This document shows positions 1 through 8,050 of a stretch of 46,963 nucleotides of DNA, piece after piece. Origin of the DNA: Myxococcota bacterium (GTDB lineage: Bacteria; Myxococcota; UBA4151); the NCBI GenBank assembly GCA_036338695.1, contig JAYZBQ010000039.1, forward strand, positions 1 through 46,963, in the 5' to 3' direction. The position numbers and the translations under genes were made by a program. The notes below the pieces were generated by a model that made no database searches, was not told where the DNA came from, and saw nothing but the letters and a program-made list of their open reading frames with translations. Numbering within the stretch: the first letter of the stretch is position 1; the number at the start of each line of letters is the position of its first letter.

Positions 1-684
1 GTTGATCGCCGCCATCGTGCCGACGGTCAGCCCCAGCCCGAGCAAGCCGGCGCCGGCGTAGACGGTGTAGGTCGCGTTCTGGATCAACTGCCCTCGCTTT
101 GCCAGCGTCTCGGCGTCCTCGCCCGCGACAGGCTCAGGCGCTGCCTCCGCCTCAAAACGCCCCTCTTGCTCGGTCTCTAATCCCAACAGGCTGCTCATGG
201 CGGCGCTCAACTCCTCTGTAAAGCGGTCGCTCGCCTCAAGCGGAGGCGTCTGGCGCTGTCGCAGCAGCCCGCGCCCAGGGAGCTCATTGAGCAACAAACT
301 CACCCGGCGTTCGCTGTCCATACTCAGAAAGACCAGGTAGTTCGAGGCTTCGGCTGCGGCTGCTTTGCGCAGGCATTCGAGCTCAGTGCAGCCCGGCGTG
401 AACACGAGCCTGAGCTTCTGGCTCGACGCCATCAACTCGCGAAGGAGAGGCTCGAGCTGCACCCCTTCGGGCACCTTCGCGCCCGGCTGCAACTCTAAGT
501 CGCTGACCACGACGGCGGCGCGCTCGTCCTCGGCTGCCTTTCGCTCAAGGGTTTCTTTCTTGGGGCCTGACCGCTTGATCGGGCGGTTGACGGGGACCTT
601 GGCTTTGACCTTCCCATCGGCTGAACCGAAGCCAGCCGGGGTCGCAAGCACGAGCCCGCTCAGGGCGATGACGGCGCCGATCAT
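1..684 (-). CDS. Secreted/membrane hypothetical protein, 3' end truncated by the window edge
   Basis: Not in the ORF track; translated by hand. ATG at 684, open to position 1: MIGAVIALSGLVLATPAGFGSADG (signal-peptide-like) ... PGCTELECLRKAAA (CxxxxC motif) ... TVYAGAGLLGLGLTVGTMAAIN (hydrophobic segment). Starts 1 nt after the stop of the upstream small ORF. Confidence 0.75.
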   Translation of the reverse strand, partial: MIGAVIALSGLVLATPAGFGSADGKVKAKVPVNRPIKRSGPKKETLERKAAEDERAAVVVSDLELQPGAKVPEGVQLEPLLRELMASSQKLRLVFTPGCTELECLRKAAAAEASNYLVFLSMDSERRVSLLLNELPGRGLLRQRQTPPLEASDRFTEELSAAMSSLLGLETEQEGRFEAEAAPEPVAGEDAETLAKRGQLIQNATYTVYAGAGLLGLGLTVGTMAAIN

Positions 685-685
685 C

Positions 686-853
686 TCAGAGTTCCAATTT
701 CGGTCCGTTATCCGGCGTCGGCTTTTGGGGCGGCGCAGGGGGCTGCTCGAGCTCGGGGACGTCGACGCTTCGATCGGCGATGGCGGGGTCAATACAGTGC
801 ACGGCGCTCAGCGTCATCACACCAGCTAGAACGGTTTGGATTAAGGATTTCAC
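686..853 (-). CDS. Small (55 aa) putative lipoprotein with Pro-rich tail
   Basis: Manual translation: GTG start, MKSLIQTVLAGVMTLSAVHCIDPAIADRSVDVPELEQPPAPPQKPTPDNGPKLEL*. Strong GGAGGAGG Shine-Dalgarno upstream (about 864-871 on the minus strand). Signal peptide ends in Cys. Confidence 0.6.
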   Translation of the reverse strand: MKSLIQTVLAGVMTLSAVHCIDPAIADRSVDVPELEQPPAPPQKPTPDNGPKLEL

Positions 854-964
854 GACGGGTCCGCCTCCTCCACAGGGGCTTTAGCCGCATTCGAGGTAAA
901 CTCCAACCGGCTGCGTCGCCGAGCGAGCTTTCGCCGCCCACTACGTGGGCGCTCGGGCATCGGC

Positions 965-992
965 TTGATTGACGGGCTTACGGCGCTAGGCT
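965..992 (+). promoter_or_regulatory. Putative sigma70-type promoter for the lipoprotein-arg operon
   Basis: TTGATT (965-970), 16-nt spacer, TAGGCT (987-992), about 26 nt upstream of ATG 1019, in a divergent intergenic region. Confidence 0.3.
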
Positions 993-1018
993 ACCGACTC
1001 GGAGCCTTGGAGAATGTC

Positions 1019-2665
1019 ATGCGCTTAAAACCCGTCGTTTCTGCACTCGCTCTTGCGATTCTTTCGCTCTCTGGATGCTCTTGCTCGGGTGGCGATGGTA
1101 ACCCCGAGGACGTCTCGCTCAGCGCCGAGTTGATTGATTTTGGTGTGGTGATCGCTGGCTCGACCTGCACGCGCACGCTCGATTTAACGAACGGGACGCC
1201 CGAGCGCGTCACCTTCTCGGGCTACCGCGTCACCGAGGGCGATGCGGTCTTTGCGCCAGGCGACGTCCCGGCGACGCTGGCGGCTTCGACCACGCTTCCG
1301 TTTGAGGTGGTCTACTCGCCGGCGACGGCGGGCGTTCAGGACAACGGCGTGATGACGATCACCTACGAGGTGACGGAGAACCCGGGCGAGCGGACCGTCA
1401 ACTTGGTGGGCTACGCGGTGGAGCAGCGCGCGCCGCGCCTCGATTGGCGCTGCGAAGATGCGGCCGGTGAAGCGGGCGTTTTTGGTGCCTGCCCGAAGGT
1501 CGTCATCGACAACGTTCAGCAAGGGCAGCTCGGCGCAGCGGTCGTGAAGTTGCACAACCTCGGCAGCGAGGTCCTGCGGATCAGCCGCGCCTACATCGAG
1601 TCCGATTCGGGTCGGTGGTTTATCGACCGCGGCTTCTTTGAGGCGGGCGAGGGGCGTTTGGAAGAAGAGGTGGATGTACCTGAGGCGGAGGGGGCGGACC
1701 CGGTGACGGTGCGCAACGTGGTCACCGGCGATTGCAGCCAAGAGCTGACCGACGACCCTGACCTGCCGTTCAGCCTGGACATCACCTACCTTGCGCGTGA
1801 GGTGGGCGTCGACGAGGCGACGTTGGTGATCCTGACCGACGACCCCTTCCAGCCTGAGGTGCGTCTGCCGCTGCAGGGTGTCGGGAACGGGCGCAAAGGG
1901 ATCGTCGAGCCGGGCGCGGTCGTAGTGACCAGCGGCGATACGTCGGTCGTGACGCTCAAGAGCGTGGGCAACACGCCGATTCCCATCAACAAAGTCTACC
2001 TCGACTTGGACGGCAACGGTGAGCAGGACCCAGACGACTTTGGGTGCCGCCCGGGCGAGCGCACAGAGTATGAGGGGGCGTTGACGTGTTCAAGCAACCG
2101 CGGCTCAGGTTTCCGCCTAGAAGCCTTTGACGGCGCCGAGGGCGGTCAAGACGAGGTGGAGATTACGCTCTATCATTGGGGCGGTACGGCTGCGCGCGCC
2201 CAGCTCGTGTTTCAGTCGAACACGCCGGGTGTCGGCAACCCTGGTGGTCCGACCGGCGCGTTCATTGTCCCGATCGGCTCGGCGAGTGATGCGCAGCTGA
2301 CGGCGTCGGAGCCGGCCGATCTGGTCTTTGGTGAGGCGGAAGGGCTCTATTCGGGGAGCACGCAGGTCACGCTGACCAACGCAGGCGGAGGCGACGCAGA
2401 GGTCAGCGCCATTCAGTTGATGGCCTCCGGGGGTGCGATCGCGCCGAGTGACAACTGGCTCAATGAGGCGACCACCATGACCATCGACGGGAGCGAGGTC
2501 ACGCTCCCCCTGACGGTCAGCGCCGGTGAGACGGTGACGATCTCCGTCGCTGTCGCTGGGTCTGCGGGCAGCACCTGGCCTGAAGCCATGCGCTACACCG
2601 TGCGCCACGACGCCGTCGCCGCCAAGCCGCTGGGCTTTGAGTTTGCGGTGGTGACACCTCAGTGA
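1019..2665 (+). CDS. Lipoprotein with several choice-of-anchor D / ASPM-SPD2-Hydin-like Ig domains
   Basis: Likely start ATG 1019 with GGAG upstream. MRLKPVVSALALAILSLSG|C lipobox. Repeated IDFGxV...LxNxGxxxLxI...LxIxTDDPxxPxxxLPLxGxG patterns. Confidence 0.7.
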   Translation: MRLKPVVSALALAILSLSGCSCSGGDGNPEDVSLSAELIDFGVVIAGSTCTRTLDLTNGTPERVTFSGYRVTEGDAVFAPGDVPATLAASTTLPFEVVYSPATAGVQDNGVMTITYEVTENPGERTVNLVGYAVEQRAPRLDWRCEDAAGEAGVFGACPKVVIDNVQQGQLGAAVVKLHNLGSEVLRISRAYIESDSGRWFIDRGFFEAGEGRLEEEVDVPEAEGADPVTVRNVVTGDCSQELTDDPDLPFSLDITYLAREVGVDEATLVILTDDPFQPEVRLPLQGVGNGRKGIVEPGAVVVTSGDTSVVTLKSVGNTPIPINKVYLDLDGNGEQDPDDFGCRPGERTEYEGALTCSSNRGSGFRLEAFDGAEGGQDEVEITLYHWGGTAARAQLVFQSNTPGVGNPGGPTGAFIVPIGSASDAQLTASEPADLVFGEAEGLYSGSTQVTLTNAGGGDAEVSAIQLMASGGAIAPSDNWLNEATTMTIDGSEVTLPLTVSAGETVTISVAVAGSAGSTWPEAMRYTVRHDAVAAKPLGFEFAVVTPQ

Positions 2666-3648
2666 GATCCCTAGCGGCTCGGTTCGGCTTGATAGCCCTC
2701 GCAGGCTGTCCGCAGACCAGCCCACCGCCTGCGCCGGAATTGACGGCCAAGCAGGTGTTCGTGCGCAGCTGCGAGCTGTACGCAGACGCTTGGTGCGCTC
2801 GCCGTGACCGCTGCGCAGTCTCGACGGACCGCGCCACTCAAGGAGAGGCATGCCTGCAGGCTGCCAAGCGGGGCTGCCAAGCCAAGACCGCCGTGGCGCT
2901 TGATCGGGCGTTCGACACCTTCGAGACCTCGCTGGCTTCAGAGTGCATCGCTGCGGTCGCCTCGGTCGAGTGCGCCGCGACGGAGCAGTGGCTTGTGGAT
3001 CTGGCGGTCTGCCGCATGGCGTTTGGGGCGCAGCAGGCGCGCGGCGGAGGCTGCCTGACGGACGGGGACTGCATCGACGGCTACTGCGCCCGCGAACGAG
3101 AGGGCTGCGGTCAATGTGAGCCCCGCGGCGCCCCGGCGGATTCATGCGATGAGTTCCCCTGCGCCGAGGGCGCGGTCTGCGTCCGTGATGTGTGCCGACC
3201 GCGCCGCAGTGAAGGGCAAGCGTGTGAGCAGGATGTCGAGTGCGGTCCTGGCTTGTTTTGCCACCTAGAGCGGCGAGTTTGCGAGGCGCAGCGTGGCGTG
3301 GACGCGCCCTGCGCCGATGATCGCGACATCGTCGACTGCGCCGAGACCTTGTTCTGCGCAGATCGTGTCTGCACCGAGCAGATCGACCGACGCACGGGCA
3401 GCCCCTGCGAGGCGCAAGGGTCCGTTTGTGAGGCGGGTAACTGGTGTGATGGCTCGTTCTGTCGTGCATTTCTCGAGGTGGGCGCTGATTGCGCCGAGGA
3501 CCGCAGCTGCGGACCGCTCGGCGCCTGCGTGAACCTACAATGTGTAGATCGGGGCGACCTCGACGCAGCCTGTTCTCGAGACCGCCACTGCCTGCAAGGT
3601 ATGGCGTGTTTTGAGGGGCGCTGTCGCCTCGCGGAGAGCTGTCCATGA
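2662..3648 (+). CDS. Cys-rich lipoprotein (Dickkopf-like/EB-type disulfide repeats)
   Basis: LIALAG|C lipobox, repeated GxxCxxDxDCxxGLxC units, GTGA overlap with the previous gene. Confidence 0.7.
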   Translation: MRSLAARFGLIALAGCPQTSPPPAPELTAKQVFVRSCELYADAWCARRDRCAVSTDRATQGEACLQAAKRGCQAKTAVALDRAFDTFETSLASECIAAVASVECAATEQWLVDLAVCRMAFGAQQARGGGCLTDGDCIDGYCAREREGCGQCEPRGAPADSCDEFPCAEGAVCVRDVCRPRRSEGQACEQDVECGPGLFCHLERRVCEAQRGVDAPCADDRDIVDCAETLFCADRVCTEQIDRRTGSPCEAQGSVCEAGNWCDGSFCRAFLEVGADCAEDRSCGPLGACVNLQCVDRGDLDAACSRDRHCLQGMACFEGRCRLAESCP

Positions 3649-4535
3649 GTCGTATCCGCCGAGAGGATCGGGCGCAGGTCCTCGAAGAGGCTCTGCCTTA
3701 CTTTCAACGCTACCGTAAGCAGACCATCGTGCTGAAGTACGGTGGGCATGCCATGGTCGATCGCGACCTCAAGGAAGCCTTCGCTCGAGACCTCGTGCTC
3801 TTGGAGCAGGCGCGCATCAACCCGGTGGTGGTGCACGGCGGCGGCCCTCAGATCGGTAAAATGCTCGAAGAGCTCGGTATTGAGAGCCGCTTTCACGCAG
3901 GGATGCGGATCACCGACGCCCAGACGATGGACGTGGTCGAGATGGTGCTCGCGGGGCAGGTCAACAAAGAGATCGTGGCGCGCATCGGGCGTCATGGCGG
4001 GCGCGCAGTCGGCTTGACGGGGCGCGACGCCGGGCTCCTGCGTGCGACGAAGCTCGAGGTGGAGCCGACGAACACTGCGCCCGAGCTGATCGATCTCGGG
4101 CGTGTCGGCACCGTCGATGCGGTTGACGCAACGATTGTCCGCACGCTTGAGCGCTCCGAGATTATCCCTGTGGTGGCGCCGGTCGGTTATGGGCCGGGTG
4201 GGGTCGCGCTCAACATCAACGCCGACCTCGTGGCGCAACAGCTTGCGATTGAGCTGCAAGCGGAGCGGCTGCTGCTGATGACCGATGTGGACGGCGTCAA
4301 AGACCAAAACGGCGAGCTGATTCGTCAGCTCGACGTGGCGGACGTGGACGCGCTCATCGAGGATGGGACGATCTCGGGTGGCATGATCCCCAAGGTGCGC
4401 GGCGCCGTTGAAGCGCTACGCGGCGGCGTCGCCAAGGTGACCATCATGAACGGGACCGTGCCGCACGCCATTTTGCTCGAGCTGTTCACGGATGAAGGGG
4501 TCGGTACAGAGATCTCGGATCGGAGCGCATCATGA
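3645..4535 (+). CDS. argB: Acetylglutamate kinase
   Basis: LKYGGHAM, VVVHGGGPQI, GMRITD, NINAD, ISGGMIPKV, ELFTDEGVGT motifs. Confidence 0.97.
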   Translation: MSRIRREDRAQVLEEALPYFQRYRKQTIVLKYGGHAMVDRDLKEAFARDLVLLEQARINPVVVHGGGPQIGKMLEELGIESRFHAGMRITDAQTMDVVEMVLAGQVNKEIVARIGRHGGRAVGLTGRDAGLLRATKLEVEPTNTAPELIDLGRVGTVDAVDATIVRTLERSEIIPVVAPVGYGPGGVALNINADLVAQQLAIELQAERLLLMTDVDGVKDQNGELIRQLDVADVDALIEDGTISGGMIPKVRGAVEALRGGVAKVTIMNGTVPHAILLELFTDEGVGTEISDRSAS

Positions 4536-5734
4536 GTTCAATCGATTCGGCGCGCGCGTGCTTTGCGCCAACTTATCGGCAGCCGGACCTGATCATCGAG
4601 CGCGGACAGGGGGTCTGGCTGCAAGACCACGAAGGGCGCAAATACCTCGACGCAATCGCTGGGATTGCCGTTAACTCGCTGGGACACAACGACCCGGAGC
4701 TGGTCACCGCCGTCGCTGAGCAGGCAGGGCGCGTCACGCACACCAGCAACCTCTATTGGACCGCACCGGCGATGGAGCTCAGCGAGCGCCTGGTGCGTCA
4801 CACTTTTGCGCAGGTGGTGTTTTTCGCCAATTCAGGCGCCGAGGCGAACGAGGCGATGATCAAAGCGGCGCGGCGTGCACATTATGACGCAGGCCGCTGC
4901 CGCTACGAGTTCATCACGGCGACGAACAGTTTTCACGGGCGGACCATGGCAACGGTCACGCTGACTGGTCAGCCGAAGTATCACGCAGGGTTTGAGCCCA
5001 TGCTGCCGGGTGTCGGTTACGTCCCCTACGGCGACCTCGAGGCGATGGAGCGAGCCGTCGGCGAGCACACCGCTGCGATTCTGGTTGAGCCGATTCAGGG
5101 TGAGGGCGGGGTGGTCGAGCCCCCGGCGGGCTACCTTGCGGGTCTTCGAGAGCTCGCCGACCGGACCGGCTGTTATCTTTTGTTCGATGAGGTCCAAACG
5201 GGCGCAGGGCGTACGGGTCACTTTCTTGCTGCTGAGCATGAGGGTGTAGCGCCTGACGGTGCGAGTTTGGCTAAGGGCTTGGGCGGCGGTTTGCCGATCG
5301 GTGCGTTTTTGGCGGGACCGGCGCTCGCTGAGTGCCTGGTACCCGGGACACATGCGTCGACCTTCGGCGGAAACCCGGTCGCGTGCGCCGCCGCCAACGT
5401 CGTGGTCAAGAGGCTGATGGACGAGGGCTTGCTCGAGCATGTCCGCGCCATGGGCGGTGAGCTCGATTGTGCGCTGGCGCCATGCATGGAGCCGGGCGGC
5501 TTGGCGGTCAGGCTCCGTGGTAGAGGGCTCCTTCGCGGCCTCGAGTTGACCGGGGCTGCGCTGCCGAATCTGCCGGCGGTCGCGCGCCGGCATGGGCTGA
5601 TGATCGGGATGGTCGCAGGAGGTCAGGTGGTACGCTTAGCGCCGCCGCTGGTGATCACCGCCGATGAGGTGCGCGAGCTTGCCATGCGTCTCATCGCATC
5701 GATCGAGGAGGCGCGCCGTGAGGCATCTGCGTAA
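4532..5734 (+). CDS. argD: Acetylornithine aminotransferase
   Basis: GIAVNSLGH, NSGAEANE, SFHGRT, EPIQGEGG, FDEVQTG, AKGLGGG (PLP Lys), HASTFGGNP; lies between argB and argF. Confidence 0.93.
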   Translation: MSSIDSARACFAPTYRQPDLIIERGQGVWLQDHEGRKYLDAIAGIAVNSLGHNDPELVTAVAEQAGRVTHTSNLYWTAPAMELSERLVRHTFAQVVFFANSGAEANEAMIKAARRAHYDAGRCRYEFITATNSFHGRTMATVTLTGQPKYHAGFEPMLPGVGYVPYGDLEAMERAVGEHTAAILVEPIQGEGGVVEPPAGYLAGLRELADRTGCYLLFDEVQTGAGRTGHFLAAEHEGVAPDGASLAKGLGGGLPIGAFLAGPALAECLVPGTHASTFGGNPVACAAANVVVKRLMDEGLLEHVRAMGGELDCALAPCMEPGGLAVRLRGRGLLRGLELTGAALPNLPAVARRHGLMIGMVAGGQVVRLAPPLVITADEVRELAMRLIASIEEARREASA

Positions 5735-6632
5735 CCTATGGGATCTGGACGGGGAGTCGATCGTTCGGATCGTCGAGTCGGGCGCTGCGATCAAGCGGTC
5801 GATTCGGTCGGGTCACCCGCAGCCGCTGCTCCGTGGAAAGGTGCTCGGTCTCCTGTTTGAAAAGCCAAGCTTACGGACTCGGACGAGCTTTGAGGTCGGG
5901 ATGTTCCGGCTCGGTGGGCAGGCGATCGCGCTCAAACACTACGAGGTAGGCTTAGGTAAGCGCGAGCCGGTCGCCGATGTGGCGCGGGTCTTCTCTTCGT
6001 ATGTTGACGCCATCGTCGTGAGGACCTTTGCCCACGACAACGTCATCCATCTCGCAGAGCACAGCGCGGTGCCGGTGGTGAACGGTCTGTGTGACCGCTA
6101 CCATCCGTGCCAGATCTTGGCGGACCTGCTGACCTTGAAGGAGTGTTGGGGTGATTGGCGTGGGCGCCGGCTTGCGTGGGTCGGCGATGGGAACAATGTC
6201 TGTCACTCCTGGATGGTCGCTGCGGCGCTGACCGGGTTTCAGCTGCGCATCGCAACGCCGGCGGGGTTTGAGCCGGACGCCGACCTCTTCGCCCGTTGCA
6301 ACGAGGTGGCGCCCGAGTCAGTGGTTTGGTCGTCGGATCCGCAGGTTGTGGTCGAGGGAGCAGACGCGTTGATCACGGATGTGTGGGTCTCGATGGGGCA
6401 AGAAGCCGAGGCCGAGGAGAAGCGGCGTTTGTTTATGCCGTATCAGGTGAACGCACAGCTGATGGCGCATGCCGCCGAGCATGCGCTTTTGCTCCATTGT
6501 TTGCCCGCGCATCGGGGCGACGAGGTCACCGCCGAGTTGATCGATGGTCCCCGGTCGGTGGCATGGCAAGAGGCTGAAAACCGTCTGCACGCACAGTGCG
6601 GTCTTTTGGTCGATTTACTTTCTGCAGGGTGA
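5718..6632 (+). CDS. argF: Ornithine carbamoyltransferase
   Basis: Likely start GTG 5718 (MRHLRNLWDL). FEKPSLRTRTSF, HPCQILAD, GDGNNV, DVWVSMGQE, HCLPAHRG, QEAENRLH. Confidence 0.95.
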   Translation: MRHLRNLWDLDGESIVRIVESGAAIKRSIRSGHPQPLLRGKVLGLLFEKPSLRTRTSFEVGMFRLGGQAIALKHYEVGLGKREPVADVARVFSSYVDAIVVRTFAHDNVIHLAEHSAVPVVNGLCDRYHPCQILADLLTLKECWGDWRGRRLAWVGDGNNVCHSWMVAAALTGFQLRIATPAGFEPDADLFARCNEVAPESVVWSSDPQVVVEGADALITDVWVSMGQEAEAEEKRRLFMPYQVNAQLMAHAAEHALLLHCLPAHRGDEVTAELIDGPRSVAWQEAENRLHAQCGLLVDLLSAG

Positions 6633-6730
6633 AAAGCTGCAAACTTGAGCAGGGTCGGTTAGTCTGTGGGCAGCAAGCTGCTGTCCAGAATGGAAGCAGG
6701 TGAGATGAGTCGTCCCCGGGAGGCACGAGT

Positions 6731-8050
6731 TTGAGCGTTGATCCGCTGCTGCGCTACGAAGGGGATTTTGCGCCGGTTTTGCAGACCGACATCGACCTCG
6801 CTGCGGTGCAGATGGGGCCTGACGAGCGCCACCTGTTCAGCCGCATCGACGGTCGAACGACGGTGCGTGAGCTCGCGGCTTTGCTCGGGACGAACCCGAT
6901 GACGATCGCGCAAGGGCTGATCCGGCTGGAAGCGCAAGGCGTGATCGACCGCCCGGAGGGCGTCGCCGCGCTGAGCGACAACGAGACTGCGTCGCTGTTC
7001 TCGGAGCAGACTCCAGAGAACCCGCAGGCGGCGGGTGCCGGCGTCGCCCGGCGCGTGAACACGGTGCGTGAAGCGGACTTGATCGGGGTTGGGCGCTACG
7101 CAGGGATGCGATTTCCGCGCGAGCCGCTTGAGGAGGTCAACGATCTTCCGATGGCGCTGCGCAAAGAGTTGATCTGGTGTGATCGACAACAGGATTTAGA
7201 CGGCTTTACCCTCTTTGACGTCTCGCACCGCGCCGAGGCCAAAGCGATCCGCCGGGCGGTTAACACCAAGCTCAAGTTGTTCCATCCGGACACGTACTTT
7301 GAGCATGATCTGGGGACCTTCGGTCCGATCATCCTGCGGCATTCGGCGCGGCTCGGTAGGGTCGCTGAGGTGATGCTGAACGACTCTGCCCGTAATGAGC
7401 TCCGAGATCGTCTGCTCGCCGAGGGCGGGCTCCAAGAGAAGGTCGACGCCGCAACGGTCGCCGAGCGCGAGCGTATGGCGAAGGCGCTCAAGGCGCGAAG
7501 GATGCGTAAAAATCCGATGTTTCGGAGGATCACGCAGGCGAAGGAGATCTACGCAGAGGCGATGGCGCACGCTGAGCAGCGCAACTTCGTGAAAGCGCAC
7601 AACGCGATCATGACGGCTCGCACCTTTGACCCAAGCAATCCGACGTACAAGGAGATGGAAGATCGCTTCAAGCGACGGGCTCGTGATGAACGTGCCGAAG
7701 CGCACGTCAAAGCAGCCGACTTTAACGAGGGCGTCGGGCGGTGGGATCGTGCCGCAGCGGCCTACATGCACGCTGCGAAGGCGGCGCCTCACCGCCCCGA
7801 GTTTTGGGCGAAGGCGGCGGCGATGTTGCTGCGCGTAGGGGAAGACCTCAAGCTCGCCGCTGAGATGGTCGAGCGTTCGCTGGAGCAGGAGCCTGATAAT
7901 ACAGCGTTTCTAAGGATCCAGCTCGATATCTACGACGCCGCCGGGATGCATGCAAACGCGGCGCGTACGGCGCAGCGTATCCTTCAGATCGACCCGGCTG
8001 CGGCTGATGTGGCTGACCGTCTCAAGAAATCCAAGCGAGGCGCATCATGA
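6731..8050 (+). CDS. J-domain (HPD) protein with N-terminal winged-helix-like segment and C-terminal TPR repeats
   Basis: TTG start with GGAGG upstream. SRIDGRTTVRELA (DUF4388-associated wHTH-like), AIRRAVNTKLKLFHPDTYF (J-domain HPD), TPR-like helices ending LEQEPDN / ILQIDP. Confidence 0.8.
   Translation: MSVDPLLRYEGDFAPVLQTDIDLAAVQMGPDERHLFSRIDGRTTVRELAALLGTNPMTIAQGLIRLEAQGVIDRPEGVAALSDNETASLFSEQTPENPQAAGAGVARRVNTVREADLIGVGRYAGMRFPREPLEEVNDLPMALRKELIWCDRQQDLDGFTLFDVSHRAEAKAIRRAVNTKLKLFHPDTYFEHDLGTFGPIILRHSARLGRVAEVMLNDSARNELRDRLLAEGGLQEKVDAATVAERERMAKALKARRMRKNPMFRRITQAKEIYAEAMAHAEQRNFVKAHNAIMTARTFDPSNPTYKEMEDRFKRRARDERAEAHVKAADFNEGVGRWDRAAAAYMHAAKAAPHRPEFWAKAAAMLLRVGEDLKLAAEMVERSLEQEPDNTAFLRIQLDIYDAAGMHANAARTAQRILQIDPAAADVADRLKKSKRGAS

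Noticed and set aside
365..829. 154-aa plus-strand ORF from the track
   Set aside because: It is antisense to two better-supported minus-strand ORFs (1-684 and 686-853) that have signal peptides and, for the small one, a strong Shine-Dalgarno
5856..5895. SLRT instead of STRT in ArgF, suggesting an N-acetyl- or N-succinyl-ornithine transcarbamylase
   Set aside because: The DVWVSMG loop and HCLPAHRG are typical of canonical ornithine carbamoyltransferase
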